Shown here: piece after piece, positions 39,973 through 49,590 of the stretch
Layout of the letters: each line of letters starts with the position of its first letter
How positions within the stretch are numbered: the first letter of the stretch is position 1
Position numbers and translations under genes: made by a program
Assembly (NCBI GenBank): GCA_030666865.1
Contig: DAOUWZ010000003.1
Location: 19,873-83,872 of the forward strand
Length of the DNA stretch: 64,000 nucleotides
Reading direction: 5' to 3'
Source: a bacterium
GTDB lineage: Bacteria > Patescibacteriota > Patescibacteriia > S139-126
Notes under the pieces: model-generated
Database searches by the model: none
Told to the model about the DNA's origin: nothing
What the model saw: only the letters and a program-made list of their open reading frames with translations

Positions 39973-41013
39973 ATGGATAGAATATCCCCACAACAGATTA
40001 TCTTATTAGTTATTCTATTTTTGATAGCCAGTGGCGGTTCAAAAGTGGCTTTCTTTTTGTTTGTGGCAGCTATTTTTTATATTATTTTAAAGAAAAAATA
40101 TTCAATAGATATAATTAAATTATTAAAGAAAAAATCTATGCCTGAAGTGATAAATATAAATCCATCTGGATTGGGGAATATATCCTCCAAAGCTAAAAAT
40201 ATTGGTTATTTAGTAATTATTACGATAATCGTTATAGTATTTTTGGTAAATGCTATCAGAATTGTTGACGCTGGTTATACTGGAGTTTATTCTTTGTTTG
40301 GAAAAGTAAAAGACACAGAATATTCTTCTGGTTTGCATTTGATAAATCCTTTGGCAAAAATAACTCCAATGAGTATTAGAACAGAAGAATATACTATGAG
40401 TATTTTGACTGGAGAAGGTAAAAAAACAGGAGCTGATTCTATCGCCGCTCTGACCAAAGAAGGTTTGAATGTTGACTTGGACATTACAGTTCTTTATAAA
40501 TTGGATGAACAAAGCGCTTCAGATATTTATAAGAACGTCGGGCTTAATTATGAAGAAAAAATAATTCGTCCAGCAATCAGGAGTTCTATCCGGGAAATTA
40601 TAGCTCAATACGAAGCCAAAGATATTTATTCTGAAAAACGTAGTGAGGCAGCAGACAAGATTGTAGAAGATTTAAAAGTACAAATGGATCCAAGAGGGAT
40701 TATTTTGGAAGAAGTGCTACTTAGAAATGTTCAATTGCCAGATAAATTGGCTCAATCAATTCAAGAAAAATTACAGGCAGAGCAAGAAGCAGAAAAATAT
40801 GATTTTATATTGACCAAAGAAGTGAAAGAAAAAGAAAGGAAAATTATTGAAGCTGAGGGCCAGCGCGATGCACAGAAGATTATTAATGAAAGTTTAAGCA
40901 CAAATTATTTGTATTATCTTTATATCAATGAATTGAAAGATAGAGAGGGAACTATTTATGTGCCGACTGGATCAAATACCGGCGTGCCTTTGTTTAGGAA
41001 TCTCGGTCAATAA
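39973..41013 (+). CDS. SPFH/band-7 (prohibitin/HflKC-like) membrane protein
   Basis: N-terminal TM helices. SPFH core VDAGYTGVYSLFGKV...LNVDLDITVLYKL. Coiled-coil C-terminus. Confidence 0.7.
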   Translation: MDRISPQQIILLVILFLIASGGSKVAFFLFVAAIFYIILKKKYSIDIIKLLKKKSMPEVININPSGLGNISSKAKNIGYLVIITIIVIVFLVNAIRIVDAGYTGVYSLFGKVKDTEYSSGLHLINPLAKITPMSIRTEEYTMSILTGEGKKTGADSIAALTKEGLNVDLDITVLYKLDEQSASDIYKNVGLNYEEKIIRPAIRSSIREIIAQYEAKDIYSEKRSEAADKIVEDLKVQMDPRGIILEEVLLRNVQLPDKLAQSIQEKLQAEQEAEKYDFILTKEVKEKERKIIEAEGQRDAQKIINESLSTNYLYYLYINELKDREGTIYVPTGSNTGVPLFRNLGQ

Positions 41014-41383
41014 ATTTTACATTAGAAAAAGGCAGAGTTACGACTCTGCCTTTTTTATTTAATAACCATAGTGATTTTTGATCCATGCCAGTAAGATGCC
41101 AAACATTTTTTGTTTTTTGACTTAGTTGGACAATTAATTTTTTCCCGGCGGATTTTAATTCAGAATACATTTTTATTACTTCACCAAGTGTGGATGATTC
41201 TGCCAAAGTTACACAAGAAATATCCAAAATGCATTCAGTGTGATTCGTGGTTAAGGCATGTTTGGTAAATTTTTCAAATGCATCATAAACTTTTGTTGAT
41301 TCGGTATTACCGTTTAGGTTGGAAATACCCGATAATGTGAAAATATTTTTTTGGATTTTATAATCCATAATATCCTCCTTCAA
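40994..41383 (-). CDS. STAS-domain protein (anti-sigma-factor antagonist-like)
   Basis: SpoIIAA/RsbV-like length and pattern (LDISCVTLAESSTLGEVIKMYSELKSAGKKLIV). Probable start at the internal Met (MDYKIQ, 41368). Confidence 0.55.
   Translation of the reverse strand: MKEDIMDYKIQKNIFTLSGISNLNGNTESTKVYDAFEKFTKHALTTNHTECILDISCVTLAESSTLGEVIKMYSELKSAGKKLIVQLSQKTKNVWHLTGMDQKSLWLLNKKGRVVTLPFSNVKFIDRDS
41026..41060 (+). terminator. Rho-independent terminator
   Basis: GGCAGAGT-tacg-ACTCTGCC hairpin followed by TTTTTTATTT. Confidence 0.75.
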
Positions 41384-44300
41384 GTTGGTTTTATTGAACG
41401 AATTATATTATCTTATTTTATTTTAGTTATTATGTCAATAAAATTGTTTAAAGTTATATTTTATGTCATAATATATACAGCTAATTTTTGGTACATGCAT
41501 GTTGTAAAAAAATATTTAGGTTCATTTTTAATAAGCATTATAATAACTGCTGTGGTTTTATGGTCAGCAGTTTTTTTGTTGCCCATATTTGCCCAAATGG
41601 ATACCAATACCAACGGCTCAGTTGTAAATATTTTGAATTTATATAATGGACAGGAATTGACTGAAAATTATATTCTTGATTTTGAAGCAATTGATAATAC
41701 TGAGCATTTACAACTGATATTTGTTGATGCTAATGGAGTGAAAGATAGCCGAGAGGCTTATGCTTATCAATCAAGCTCTAGTTTAAATATCTGGCATTAT
41801 AATTTGGAGATAGCTGAACTTGGCGATGGAAATTATCGATTAGAGACCTCAGTTATTTTTTCTGATAGCACTATTATGGTTGGTGATATTCGTGAATTTT
41901 CAATAAATGAGAATCCAAATTTATTTTTGGAGGTTTTCATAACCAACCCTAAAGAAGGTGATATTATTTCTGAAAATTATTTGTTTACAGCCGAGACCAA
42001 TCAAGTGGTTGATAGTTTATATTTCAATATTTATACCGGCACCGGTGTCTTGATGGTTCAAGAGGAAGGAGTTGAAACTAACTCAGATCATAGTTATCAT
42101 GCAGATTACAATACAAACAATTTAACTGACGGAGAATATATTGTAAGGGCAAATGCGACTTTAGAAAATAACACAGTTGATTCAAGGGATATTAATTTTT
42201 ATATTAATAATCAAGTCGACAGTACTTCAACTTCAACAGATACGACAACTGCTGACGGATCAGAAATTGACAATTCAGATTCAAATGATGATAATTTATC
42301 TGAAGAAGTAAAGATTGAATTTACTTCGCCAAGCAATAATAGCGCTATTCAAGAGACTGTATTGTTTCAAGCTAAGACAAACAGATTGGTTGATAATGTT
42401 TATTTTAGGATTGATTCTAATTATATTTCAGCTAAAAAATTTGATGACAATAGATGGCAAGAATATGTAGATACTGCAGTATATGAAAATGGTTTGGTTG
42501 AAGTAATAGCTGTTGCGACTAATGAGGGGATAGATTATTATGATACATTAAAATTAAATATTCAAAATGAAATCAGCACTGATAACGCTGAAATAGAGAG
42601 TCAGGTTGGAGACAATGATAAAGATAAATCTGACGCAAGTAAAGTTGAACCAGATTGTATTCAAGAAATATATTATGCCAGATCAAGTTCAGTGTCTGTA
42701 TGTCAGAAATTTACTGATTCATGTTCAGTCCCTCCGGGCTGGGAGTCATGTGAGCTTAACAATGAATCGCGGGATCAAGATAGTCAAAAAGATCAAGAAG
42801 ATTCTACCAGTAATTTTGATAATGACGTCAAAAATGAAAACGAAGAAGGACCTTACAAAGATGACGATAGAGCGACTAGCGATCAGATAATAGGTATTTG
42901 CGATGATTTAGGTGTTCAAGATGTGGATTGTAGAAAATATTTAATGAACATAAATGATTACCCCCGAGAGTGTGTTGCTGATAAATTTGATTTAGCAGTG
43001 TGTGAAACTAAATATCAAGAATGCAGAAGTTTAGAAATTGCCAATATTGATTTATGTTTTAAATATTTATCAGAGCCTAGGCAGTCTCGTTGGTGTGATT
43101 TGCCGGAATTTAATGATTTGAAGGTATGTCAAAGTTATATAAATAAAAAATATGAAGAGAAGCAATTATTACTTGGAAGCAATATCACAAATGATTTTTC
43201 TAAAGAATGTTTGGATCAAAATATTATAGACAAAAAGAAATGTGAAAAATTTTTATATTATCTAAGATTGCCAATCGAGTGCAGGAAAAATAAAATTTAT
43301 AACAGGCAAGAATGCGAGAATTTATTGAAAGATGATTATTTAAATAAAGTTTGTCAGCAAATGGGAGTTAGTGATATTACTGAGTGTCAAAATAAACTTG
43401 TTCAGAGCTATAAAGATAAATTTATTTGTGATAGCGGAGATTGCGCTAGGATAGTAAAGGAAAAATTGGTAAATGAATTAGCGGTTAAAGACATTATCAA
43501 CAAAGGTGTTAAGGAAAGTCTAAAAGAATACAATAATAAGCCTTTTTATTCCAACCGAACTGCTGTTACCAAGCAGCAGGCAGATATAATTGGAAAAATG
43601 CCGATTGTATATGAGTTGGGACTGCAGTATAAAATTTTATCGGCTGAAGAAAAAATAAAAATAACAGAATATAAGCTGGAAGCGCCATTGCCAGCTGTTT
43701 TGGCAAAGGATAGTGACGGTGATGGAGTTCCTGATGATGTGGAAGAGAGATTGGGTACTGACAAGTATGATTCTGATTCAGATAAAGATGGGTATCTGGA
43801 TGGGATTGAATTGGAAAATGGATATGATCCCTTGAGTCCATCTAAAAAATTGGATAAACAATTAGCCCCGATAGAATTAGCTTTAATTAAAAATAAAGTT
43901 TTAGAACATCCTTTAGTCAGCGGAGATGTGTCTGAGGATTTGCAAATAAAATCTTTTAAAAATATTTCTACTACTGATGAAGGATTAGAAACTAGTAAAA
44001 TAGCATTATCTGGAACTGGACCGGCTTTTTCAGTGTTAAGTTTATTTATTTATTCAGACTTGCCAATGGTTGCTACCATGCAAGTAGATGAATTTGGCCG
44101 ATGGGAATATACCATGACAGATTCTTTAGTTGACGGGGAGCATCAGGTTTTTGTAGTTCTCAACGATGATAATGGTAAAATTGTCAAAAAATCAGCTGGT
44201 TCGTTGTTATTTGTCAAAGAAGCAAAAGCAGCTTCAGTTGATGAAGTAATTGATTTTAGCTTTAAAGAGGATTCTAAATCTTTAGTATCGTATTATTATT

Positions 44301-44389
44301 ATGGAGTAGTAATTGCTATAGTTTTAGGACTTTTACTTTTTTTTATTTTACGCAAAAGTTTAAAAAAAGGTGATTTGACAGAATTATGA
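41351..44389 (+). CDS. Large Cys-rich surface protein with N-terminal signal/TM, TSP3-like calcium-binding repeats and a C-terminal TM anchor
   Basis: 1012 aa. Cys-rich spaced motifs in the middle (C..C..C). DSDGDGVPDDVEERLGTDKYDSDSDKDGYLDGIELENGYDP. C-terminal VVIAIVLGLLLFFILRK. The true start is probably the internal Met near 41495. Confidence 0.5.
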   Translation: MDFIIHNILLQVGFIERIILSYFILVIMSIKLFKVIFYVIIYTANFWYMHVVKKYLGSFLISIIITAVVLWSAVFLLPIFAQMDTNTNGSVVNILNLYNGQELTENYILDFEAIDNTEHLQLIFVDANGVKDSREAYAYQSSSSLNIWHYNLEIAELGDGNYRLETSVIFSDSTIMVGDIREFSINENPNLFLEVFITNPKEGDIISENYLFTAETNQVVDSLYFNIYTGTGVLMVQEEGVETNSDHSYHADYNTNNLTDGEYIVRANATLENNTVDSRDINFYINNQVDSTSTSTDTTTADGSEIDNSDSNDDNLSEEVKIEFTSPSNNSAIQETVLFQAKTNRLVDNVYFRIDSNYISAKKFDDNRWQEYVDTAVYENGLVEVIAVATNEGIDYYDTLKLNIQNEISTDNAEIESQVGDNDKDKSDASKVEPDCIQEIYYARSSSVSVCQKFTDSCSVPPGWESCELNNESRDQDSQKDQEDSTSNFDNDVKNENEEGPYKDDDRATSDQIIGICDDLGVQDVDCRKYLMNINDYPRECVADKFDLAVCETKYQECRSLEIANIDLCFKYLSEPRQSRWCDLPEFNDLKVCQSYINKKYEEKQLLLGSNITNDFSKECLDQNIIDKKKCEKFLYYLRLPIECRKNKIYNRQECENLLKDDYLNKVCQQMGVSDITECQNKLVQSYKDKFICDSGDCARIVKEKLVNELAVKDIINKGVKESLKEYNNKPFYSNRTAVTKQQADIIGKMPIVYELGLQYKILSAEEKIKITEYKLEAPLPAVLAKDSDGDGVPDDVEERLGTDKYDSDSDKDGYLDGIELENGYDPLSPSKKLDKQLAPIELALIKNKVLEHPLVSGDVSEDLQIKSFKNISTTDEGLETSKIALSGTGPAFSVLSLFIYSDLPMVATMQVDEFGRWEYTMTDSLVDGEHQVFVVLNDDNGKIVKKSAGSLLFVKEAKAASVDEVIDFSFKEDSKSLVSYYYYGVVIAIVLGLLLFFILRKSLKKGDLTEL

Positions 44390-45753
44390 AAAAATTTTAT
44401 TTGTTGAAAAATTTTCAGGTAATTTATGGTTTGATTTTGATAATATTGGTGCCGGTGGTGGTAGCTCTAAATACTATCGCTTTGAATAAAACTTTTCAAA
44501 GGAATATTGATGTCCAATTGCAAAGACAGGCAATGTCTTTGGGAAAATCCTTTAATGTGGCGGCACAAAATATTTTTGATGATAAAAAAAAGTTACAGTC
44601 TATTATTGATAAAACATTGCAATCAGAAAATGATGTAAAGGAAATTCAAGTTTTAGAATTTAAAGATGAGGAATTTATAGTAATGTTAAGCTCAAACGAG
44701 ATTGATTTGAGAAAGAGTAGTTCATTTACCCAACTTTATCTTTCTTGGTATCAAAATCAAGCCATTGCTACATTGTTTAATAAGCAGCAATTAGATGCAT
44801 TTTTAGGTAGAGAGATTTCTTATCAAAAAGATAATGATAGATATTGGTTGGTGACCATGCCTCTTGTCGATGAAGATGGGAGTAAGCGTTATTTGTTGAC
44901 TATGTCCGTATCACTAAGTATTATGGATGAATTAATCAAAGATACTCTGAGTAAAAGTTATATTTTTTTATCCCTGACCGTCCTGCTATTGATATTATTA
45001 CTTGCTGCCAATTCAAGATTGTTTGAATATGCGGTATTGTATAAAAGAATAAAAGAAATTGATAAAATGAAAGATGAATTTATATCCATTGCTTCGCATG
45101 AGCTCAGAACTCCACTAACGGTTATCAAAGGATATGTATCTATGTTGTTGGCTGACCATTCTGATCCGGAAGAAACTGAAAAATCCTTGCAGACCATTGC
45201 CGCTTCCTCCGATAGATTGGCTGATTTGGTTGAAGATTTATTAAATGTTTCCAGAATTGAGCAAGGCAGATTGAAGTTTGATATAAAATCAGCAGATCCA
45301 TTACAAACAATAAATGAAGTTATCAAAGAACTTTCAGTTGAAACAAATAATAAAAGGCTTGAGCTTGTTTATGTAGGAAAGAGCGTATTGCCGCGAATAT
45401 TAGTTGATAATGCGAAATTTAAACAAGTTTTAATAAATATTGTTGGCAATTCAGTTAAATACACTATTAAAGGTTCAGTAAAGATTGAATGCAGTATCAA
45501 GCAAAAATTTTTGCAAATCAAAATTGTTGATACTGGAATTGGCATGTCTGCTAAAGCCAGAGAGCGTTTATTTGAAAAATTTTATCGTATTAAAAATGAT
45601 GATACCAAAAATGTTTCTGGAACCGGTCTTGGTTTATGGATTACTAAACGGTTAATAGAGAATATGTCAGGAGAAATATTTGTAGATAGTATTGAAGGAG
45701 TTGGTACTAGTGTAAGCATTTTATTACCTCTTGCTAACAAGTCTAATAATTAA
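44386..45753 (+). CDS. Sensor histidine kinase (HisKA + HATPase_c)
   Basis: H-box SIASHELRTPLT. N-box NIVGNSVKYT. G-boxes DTGIGM and GTGLGL. N-terminal TM/sensor region. ATGA overlap with the upstream gene. Confidence 0.8.
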   Translation: MKKFYLLKNFQVIYGLILIILVPVVVALNTIALNKTFQRNIDVQLQRQAMSLGKSFNVAAQNIFDDKKKLQSIIDKTLQSENDVKEIQVLEFKDEEFIVMLSSNEIDLRKSSSFTQLYLSWYQNQAIATLFNKQQLDAFLGREISYQKDNDRYWLVTMPLVDEDGSKRYLLTMSVSLSIMDELIKDTLSKSYIFLSLTVLLLILLLAANSRLFEYAVLYKRIKEIDKMKDEFISIASHELRTPLTVIKGYVSMLLADHSDPEETEKSLQTIAASSDRLADLVEDLLNVSRIEQGRLKFDIKSADPLQTINEVIKELSVETNNKRLELVYVGKSVLPRILVDNAKFKQVLINIVGNSVKYTIKGSVKIECSIKQKFLQIKIVDTGIGMSAKARERLFEKFYRIKNDDTKNVSGTGLGLWITKRLIENMSGEIFVDSIEGVGTSVSILLPLANKSNN

Positions 45754-45763
45754 TATTAAATAT

Positions 45764-46132
45764 ATGACAAAAAAAATATTAATTGCAGAAGACGAAAAAG
45801 ATATATTAAAAATGTTTTCTGACATGCTAAAAACTGCAGGTTATGAAGTTGAAGAAGCGGAAGACGGGGAAGAAGCTATAAAAAAATTGGCTATTGCTAC
45901 ACCTGATTTACTGTTACTTGATTTGCAAATGCCGAATAAGGATGGTTTTGGAGTAATTGAGTGGATGGTTAGTGAGGGCAAAATTAACGACACGAAAGTA
46001 ATTGTTTTATCCAATATTGATCAGCCAGAATGGGTAAATAGAGCAATGGAGTTGGGGGCTCATGATTATTGGATGAAAATTGATACGCATTTGACTGATT
46101 TAATCGCAAAAGTTAATAAGATTTTAAGTTAG
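45764..46132 (+). CDS. Single-domain response regulator (CheY-like REC)
   Basis: KILIAEDEKDI ... DLLLLDLQMP (phospho-acceptor Asp) ... K near the C-terminus. No output domain. Confidence 0.75.
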   Translation: MTKKILIAEDEKDILKMFSDMLKTAGYEVEEAEDGEEAIKKLAIATPDLLLLDLQMPNKDGFGVIEWMVSEGKINDTKVIVLSNIDQPEWVNRAMELGAHDYWMKIDTHLTDLIAKVNKILS

Positions 46133-46165
46133 TAGTTTAATAGTGAAAAATTTATATTAAATTTT

Positions 46166-46198
46166 TAAAAACCCCGATGTAAACATCGGGGTTTTTTT
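46166..46198. terminator. Bidirectional Rho-independent terminator
   Basis: CCCCGATG-taaa-CATCGGGG hairpin flanked by an A-run and a T-run. Confidence 0.75.
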
Positions 46199-46208
46199 GT
46201 CATGTTAT

Positions 46209-46571
46209 TTATTTTTTTGGTTTTTTTGCAACCGTTATCCTTTTGACAAAATGAGAAATTATGAAATTCAAACTGATTCCTATCAGTATATAAATCATTT
46301 CCCTCGGAATAGAATAGATTGGCTTGATTACTCCGGTTATTTTATCTATGTCAACTATCAGCGCATTGATAACAAGTATATAGAAAAATATTATTGCCCA
46401 GATAATTAGCCAAAATTCGCCTCTTCTTTTTTGAATGGCGGTATTGTTGTGAAACCACCTTTCAATTGCCTTATGAGATGTGTATAACAGTAATATTATA
46501 AAATAACCGACTGTGCTTTCAAGAGAAACGTATAGTTTAAGGTTATGAAATTTTAGCAACATCATAACCAT
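46209..46571 (-). CDS. hypothetical small membrane protein
   Basis: 120-aa ORF with two or three hydrophobic helices. Weak support. Confidence 0.3.
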   Translation of the reverse strand: MVMMLLKFHNLKLYVSLESTVGYFIILLLYTSHKAIERWFHNNTAIQKRRGEFWLIIWAIIFFYILVINALIVDIDKITGVIKPIYSIPREMIYILIGISLNFIISHFVKRITVAKKPKK

Positions 46572-46746
46572 AAAGAAAATTGTATATACAGATGAGAGTA
46601 GGAATAAGGCGTTGAGTGTAGGTAATACTTTTTCTTGGCTTTCACGAGAGAAAAATTTTAAAAAATTAGCTATTGAAAAAAGATAAAAAATATGCTATAC
46701 TAATACTAGTTAAAACAAAAATAAAAATAAAAATTAACAAAAAACA

Positions 46747-48168
46747 ATGAAAAAAATCATTTTTTCAACATGGATTGCACTACTTGTAGTGTCTTTTTTT
46801 GTGCCTAGTTTAAGCGCTTTAGCCACTAATCATTCAACTTGTGAATTGGCAGATGACTATGTTACCCCGGTTGTTAATGCAGTAGCAACTGACAGCGGGG
46901 TTGAAGTCTCATGGCAAAAAATTGATCATCCTAAATTAGCTGGATATAAAGTTGTTATTTCTAAAGATAATTCAAGTCCTAAATATAGCGAGGATGGCTA
47001 TATGACTTATATTACCAATAAAGATACAATTTCTTATTTGGTTAAAGCTACTACCAAATATAAGAATGGTGATTTTGGGTATTATTTAACTCCAGGAGAG
47101 TCTTATTATTTTTCTATCACCGCTCTTTATAACTGTAGTTACAAAGAAGCTGGTAATGCGGTGCTGGTTGTATTTCCAGAAGTAGCAGATGATAACACTA
47201 ATATTGGTATGTCATGTAAGTACAAAAAGTTATTTTCAGATCAACCACCGACACGTGATAAGTATTGGGAAAAATTGGGTCTTGATATTAGTAAACATTC
47301 AGATATTATTAAATATAGAATTAAATGGTTTAGTGGAGGGTGGTCAGAATGGTTTACCACTGGCGTAGATGATATAGATTGGAAAGATAATTGCGGAGAT
47401 AAATATTATCTAGGCGGTCGCAATTGGGATAGTAGCAGACCAGATGAATGTTCCAGAAGAGTATGGTCTTATTTTACTGATCATGTTCATGAATATTACC
47501 AATGTTCGGATAATAATAATTGGCAGACAATTAAAGAAGTGACAAAAGAAGCATATAAACCAAAAGAACATTTGGTTGATATTTCCAAAAAAGCTAAACT
47601 TTTGAAAAATAATCAACTTGATGAAATTTTAGCGGAATTGAAAGAGCTTAGAAGTTTAGTGCGTGAACAACAAGCAGAATTGAAATATTTGCGGAGTTTA
47701 GCCGGTGAGCTTCGAAGTTTGGCTAGTGAAATGAGATCAGCCGTTCAAAATTTTGTTACTTACGGAGTTGATGAAAATACCAAAAGATTAGGTGAAGGCG
47801 AACGAGCGGCAGTTATTTATTCATACAAGGAAGCTTTCGGAAAATTACCAAACAATGAAACTGAGCTTGAGGATGCTATCAAAATTGCTAATGGCAGATG
47901 GCCTAGCAAAAGAAATAAAGCAATTGAACAAAGAGCGATTAGAAAATTCCAAGAAATTTATCATCGCCTGCCAAATTTTGAATTACCAAGTGATGACGCT
48001 GCTATAACTATTATGTCTTACGGGCTCCGGCAGCGAGCAGAGAATAGAAATTTGAAAAGTGAACAACAGGGGATAGGTATTTATCATGATATTTTTAATA
48101 CATTGCCAGAGACTACTTATGATTGGAATGTGATGCAGGCTATTACTTATTCCGGCGCTACTAGATAA
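46747..48168 (+). CDS. Secreted protein, paralog of the 36635 protein's N-terminal FN3-like domain, with a coiled-coil region
   Basis: Signal peptide. CELADDYVTPVVNAVATDSGVEVSWQKIDHPKLAGYKVVISKDNSSPKY aligns with CGIIADYETPVLTATANGEGVFLEWDKIDNSNFKNYIVVISRNNSEPYY. Repeated LRSL heptads. Confidence 0.5.
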   Translation: MKKIIFSTWIALLVVSFFVPSLSALATNHSTCELADDYVTPVVNAVATDSGVEVSWQKIDHPKLAGYKVVISKDNSSPKYSEDGYMTYITNKDTISYLVKATTKYKNGDFGYYLTPGESYYFSITALYNCSYKEAGNAVLVVFPEVADDNTNIGMSCKYKKLFSDQPPTRDKYWEKLGLDISKHSDIIKYRIKWFSGGWSEWFTTGVDDIDWKDNCGDKYYLGGRNWDSSRPDECSRRVWSYFTDHVHEYYQCSDNNNWQTIKEVTKEAYKPKEHLVDISKKAKLLKNNQLDEILAELKELRSLVREQQAELKYLRSLAGELRSLASEMRSAVQNFVTYGVDENTKRLGEGERAAVIYSYKEAFGKLPNNETELEDAIKIANGRWPSKRNKAIEQRAIRKFQEIYHRLPNFELPSDDAAITIMSYGLRQRAENRNLKSEQQGIGIYHDIFNTLPETTYDWNVMQAITYSGATR

Positions 48169-48187
48169 TAATATATAAATATTTTTT

Positions 48188-48224
48188 AAAATAGTCCCGC
48201 GTTCGCGGGACTATTTTTATTTAT
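48188..48224. terminator. Bidirectional Rho-independent terminator
   Basis: AGTCCCGCG-ttc-CGCGGGACT hairpin followed by TTTTTATTTATTT. Confidence 0.75.
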
Positions 48225-49374
48225 TTAAATGATTATAAATAAATAAATACATGGCTGCATTCCAAGATTGATAGGGCATGCCCATTGGCTGCTCAGTCTG
48301 GCCGTGAAACCATTCATTAAATTGCCAGTTATTTATTTTATTCAATTCAGCCATTTTTGTTAATTCCTTGGTAGCTAAATTTTTATCGATCATAGATAGA
48401 AGTACTGCCCACCAGCCGTCAATAAACGGCCAAATACCGCCATTGTGATATTGCCAAGGTTTATTCAAATTGTGGTGTTTCATATATGGCCGCCAAGCCG
48501 AATCATTTTTGGTGATGGGATTGAGAACAGTTTTAGGCCCATATGGCTTGTCAATTTTATTTTTTTGTAAATATTTTATAATTTTTTTTATCTTTGACGG
48601 ACTAGCTAGGCCAGTTAAGCAGGCTAGGATATTCCCGAATACATCAACTTCTTTTCCCCATTGATAATAATTAATAAAACTTAAATAAGTTTTGTCTTTT
48701 TTATTATATTTGATATGACTTAATAATTTTCCAAGTTTTTTATTATTTTGAATGATATTTTTTGACGGATGGCTATTATTATTAAATATATAATTAAAAT
48801 ATTTTTTAGTCAGTTTAGTGTTATTCAGTTTATATAGTTTTTTTACCCAATACCACAGAGCGTTAGTATACAAAACAAAACCAGATCTGGGCATCAAGTC
48901 AGCCCAGTCGCTAGCTTCATTTTGACTAAGTAAATAAAAATTAGGATGCTCTTGAGCCAAGAGCCAGTTGATAGCTTTATTGATTTTTATTTTTAATTTT
49001 TTGGCTAAATCAGAATTAGTATTCTTGTCAAAATGTTTTATGGCGATCAGCCACCATAGGGTAGAGTCAATACAGCCTAAATAATAAAAATCTATTTCAT
49101 TTTTTTCCGGTTTGACATAAAAAGGTATTTGTCCGTTGGTAGCTTGGTGTTTGGCTAAAGTAATTAGGCTGTTTCTTGCAGTTTTGATTAATTGTTTATC
49201 TTGACTTAAAGCCATACCTAAAGAACAGATAGACGCATCTCGACCAAAAATACTTAAATAATTTCTATTTACAGCCTTTTGAGATTTTCCACTAGCCAGT
49301 ATTCCAAACTTAGTAGAATTGTTTTTTAATACTTGTATTGATTTTTTATAGCATAGTTGGTTTAAATCGTTCAT
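48217..49374 (-). CDS. (alpha/alpha)6-barrel glycoside hydrolase-like protein (GH100 / amylo-alpha-1,6-glucosidase-like)
   Basis: YHNGGIWPFIDGWW and SIFGRDASI are motifs of six-hairpin glycosidases. Confidence 0.45.
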   Translation of the reverse strand: MNDLNQLCYKKSIQVLKNNSTKFGILASGKSQKAVNRNYLSIFGRDASICSLGMALSQDKQLIKTARNSLITLAKHQATNGQIPFYVKPEKNEIDFYYLGCIDSTLWWLIAIKHFDKNTNSDLAKKLKIKINKAINWLLAQEHPNFYLLSQNEASDWADLMPRSGFVLYTNALWYWVKKLYKLNNTKLTKKYFNYIFNNNSHPSKNIIQNNKKLGKLLSHIKYNKKDKTYLSFINYYQWGKEVDVFGNILACLTGLASPSKIKKIIKYLQKNKIDKPYGPKTVLNPITKNDSAWRPYMKHHNLNKPWQYHNGGIWPFIDGWWAVLLSMIDKNLATKELTKMAELNKINNWQFNEWFHGQTEQPMGMPYQSWNAAMYLFIYNHLNK

Positions 49375-49590
49375 TGATTTTTATTAATCATATATATCCA
49401 TAGTATATCACTTAAATAGAAAAGTTTTATGTTAATGAACATACCGTGGTATATTCATTAAGCTTTTAAATATAGATCAGTTTGAATTTGGTGGTTTGAA
49501 ATTCATCCCGTTTACGCGGTGAAACTTTTTTTGACAAAAAATATATAGAAAAGCAGTTAGAACGGCTTGTTTTGTTGAGTTAAAGAGTGT

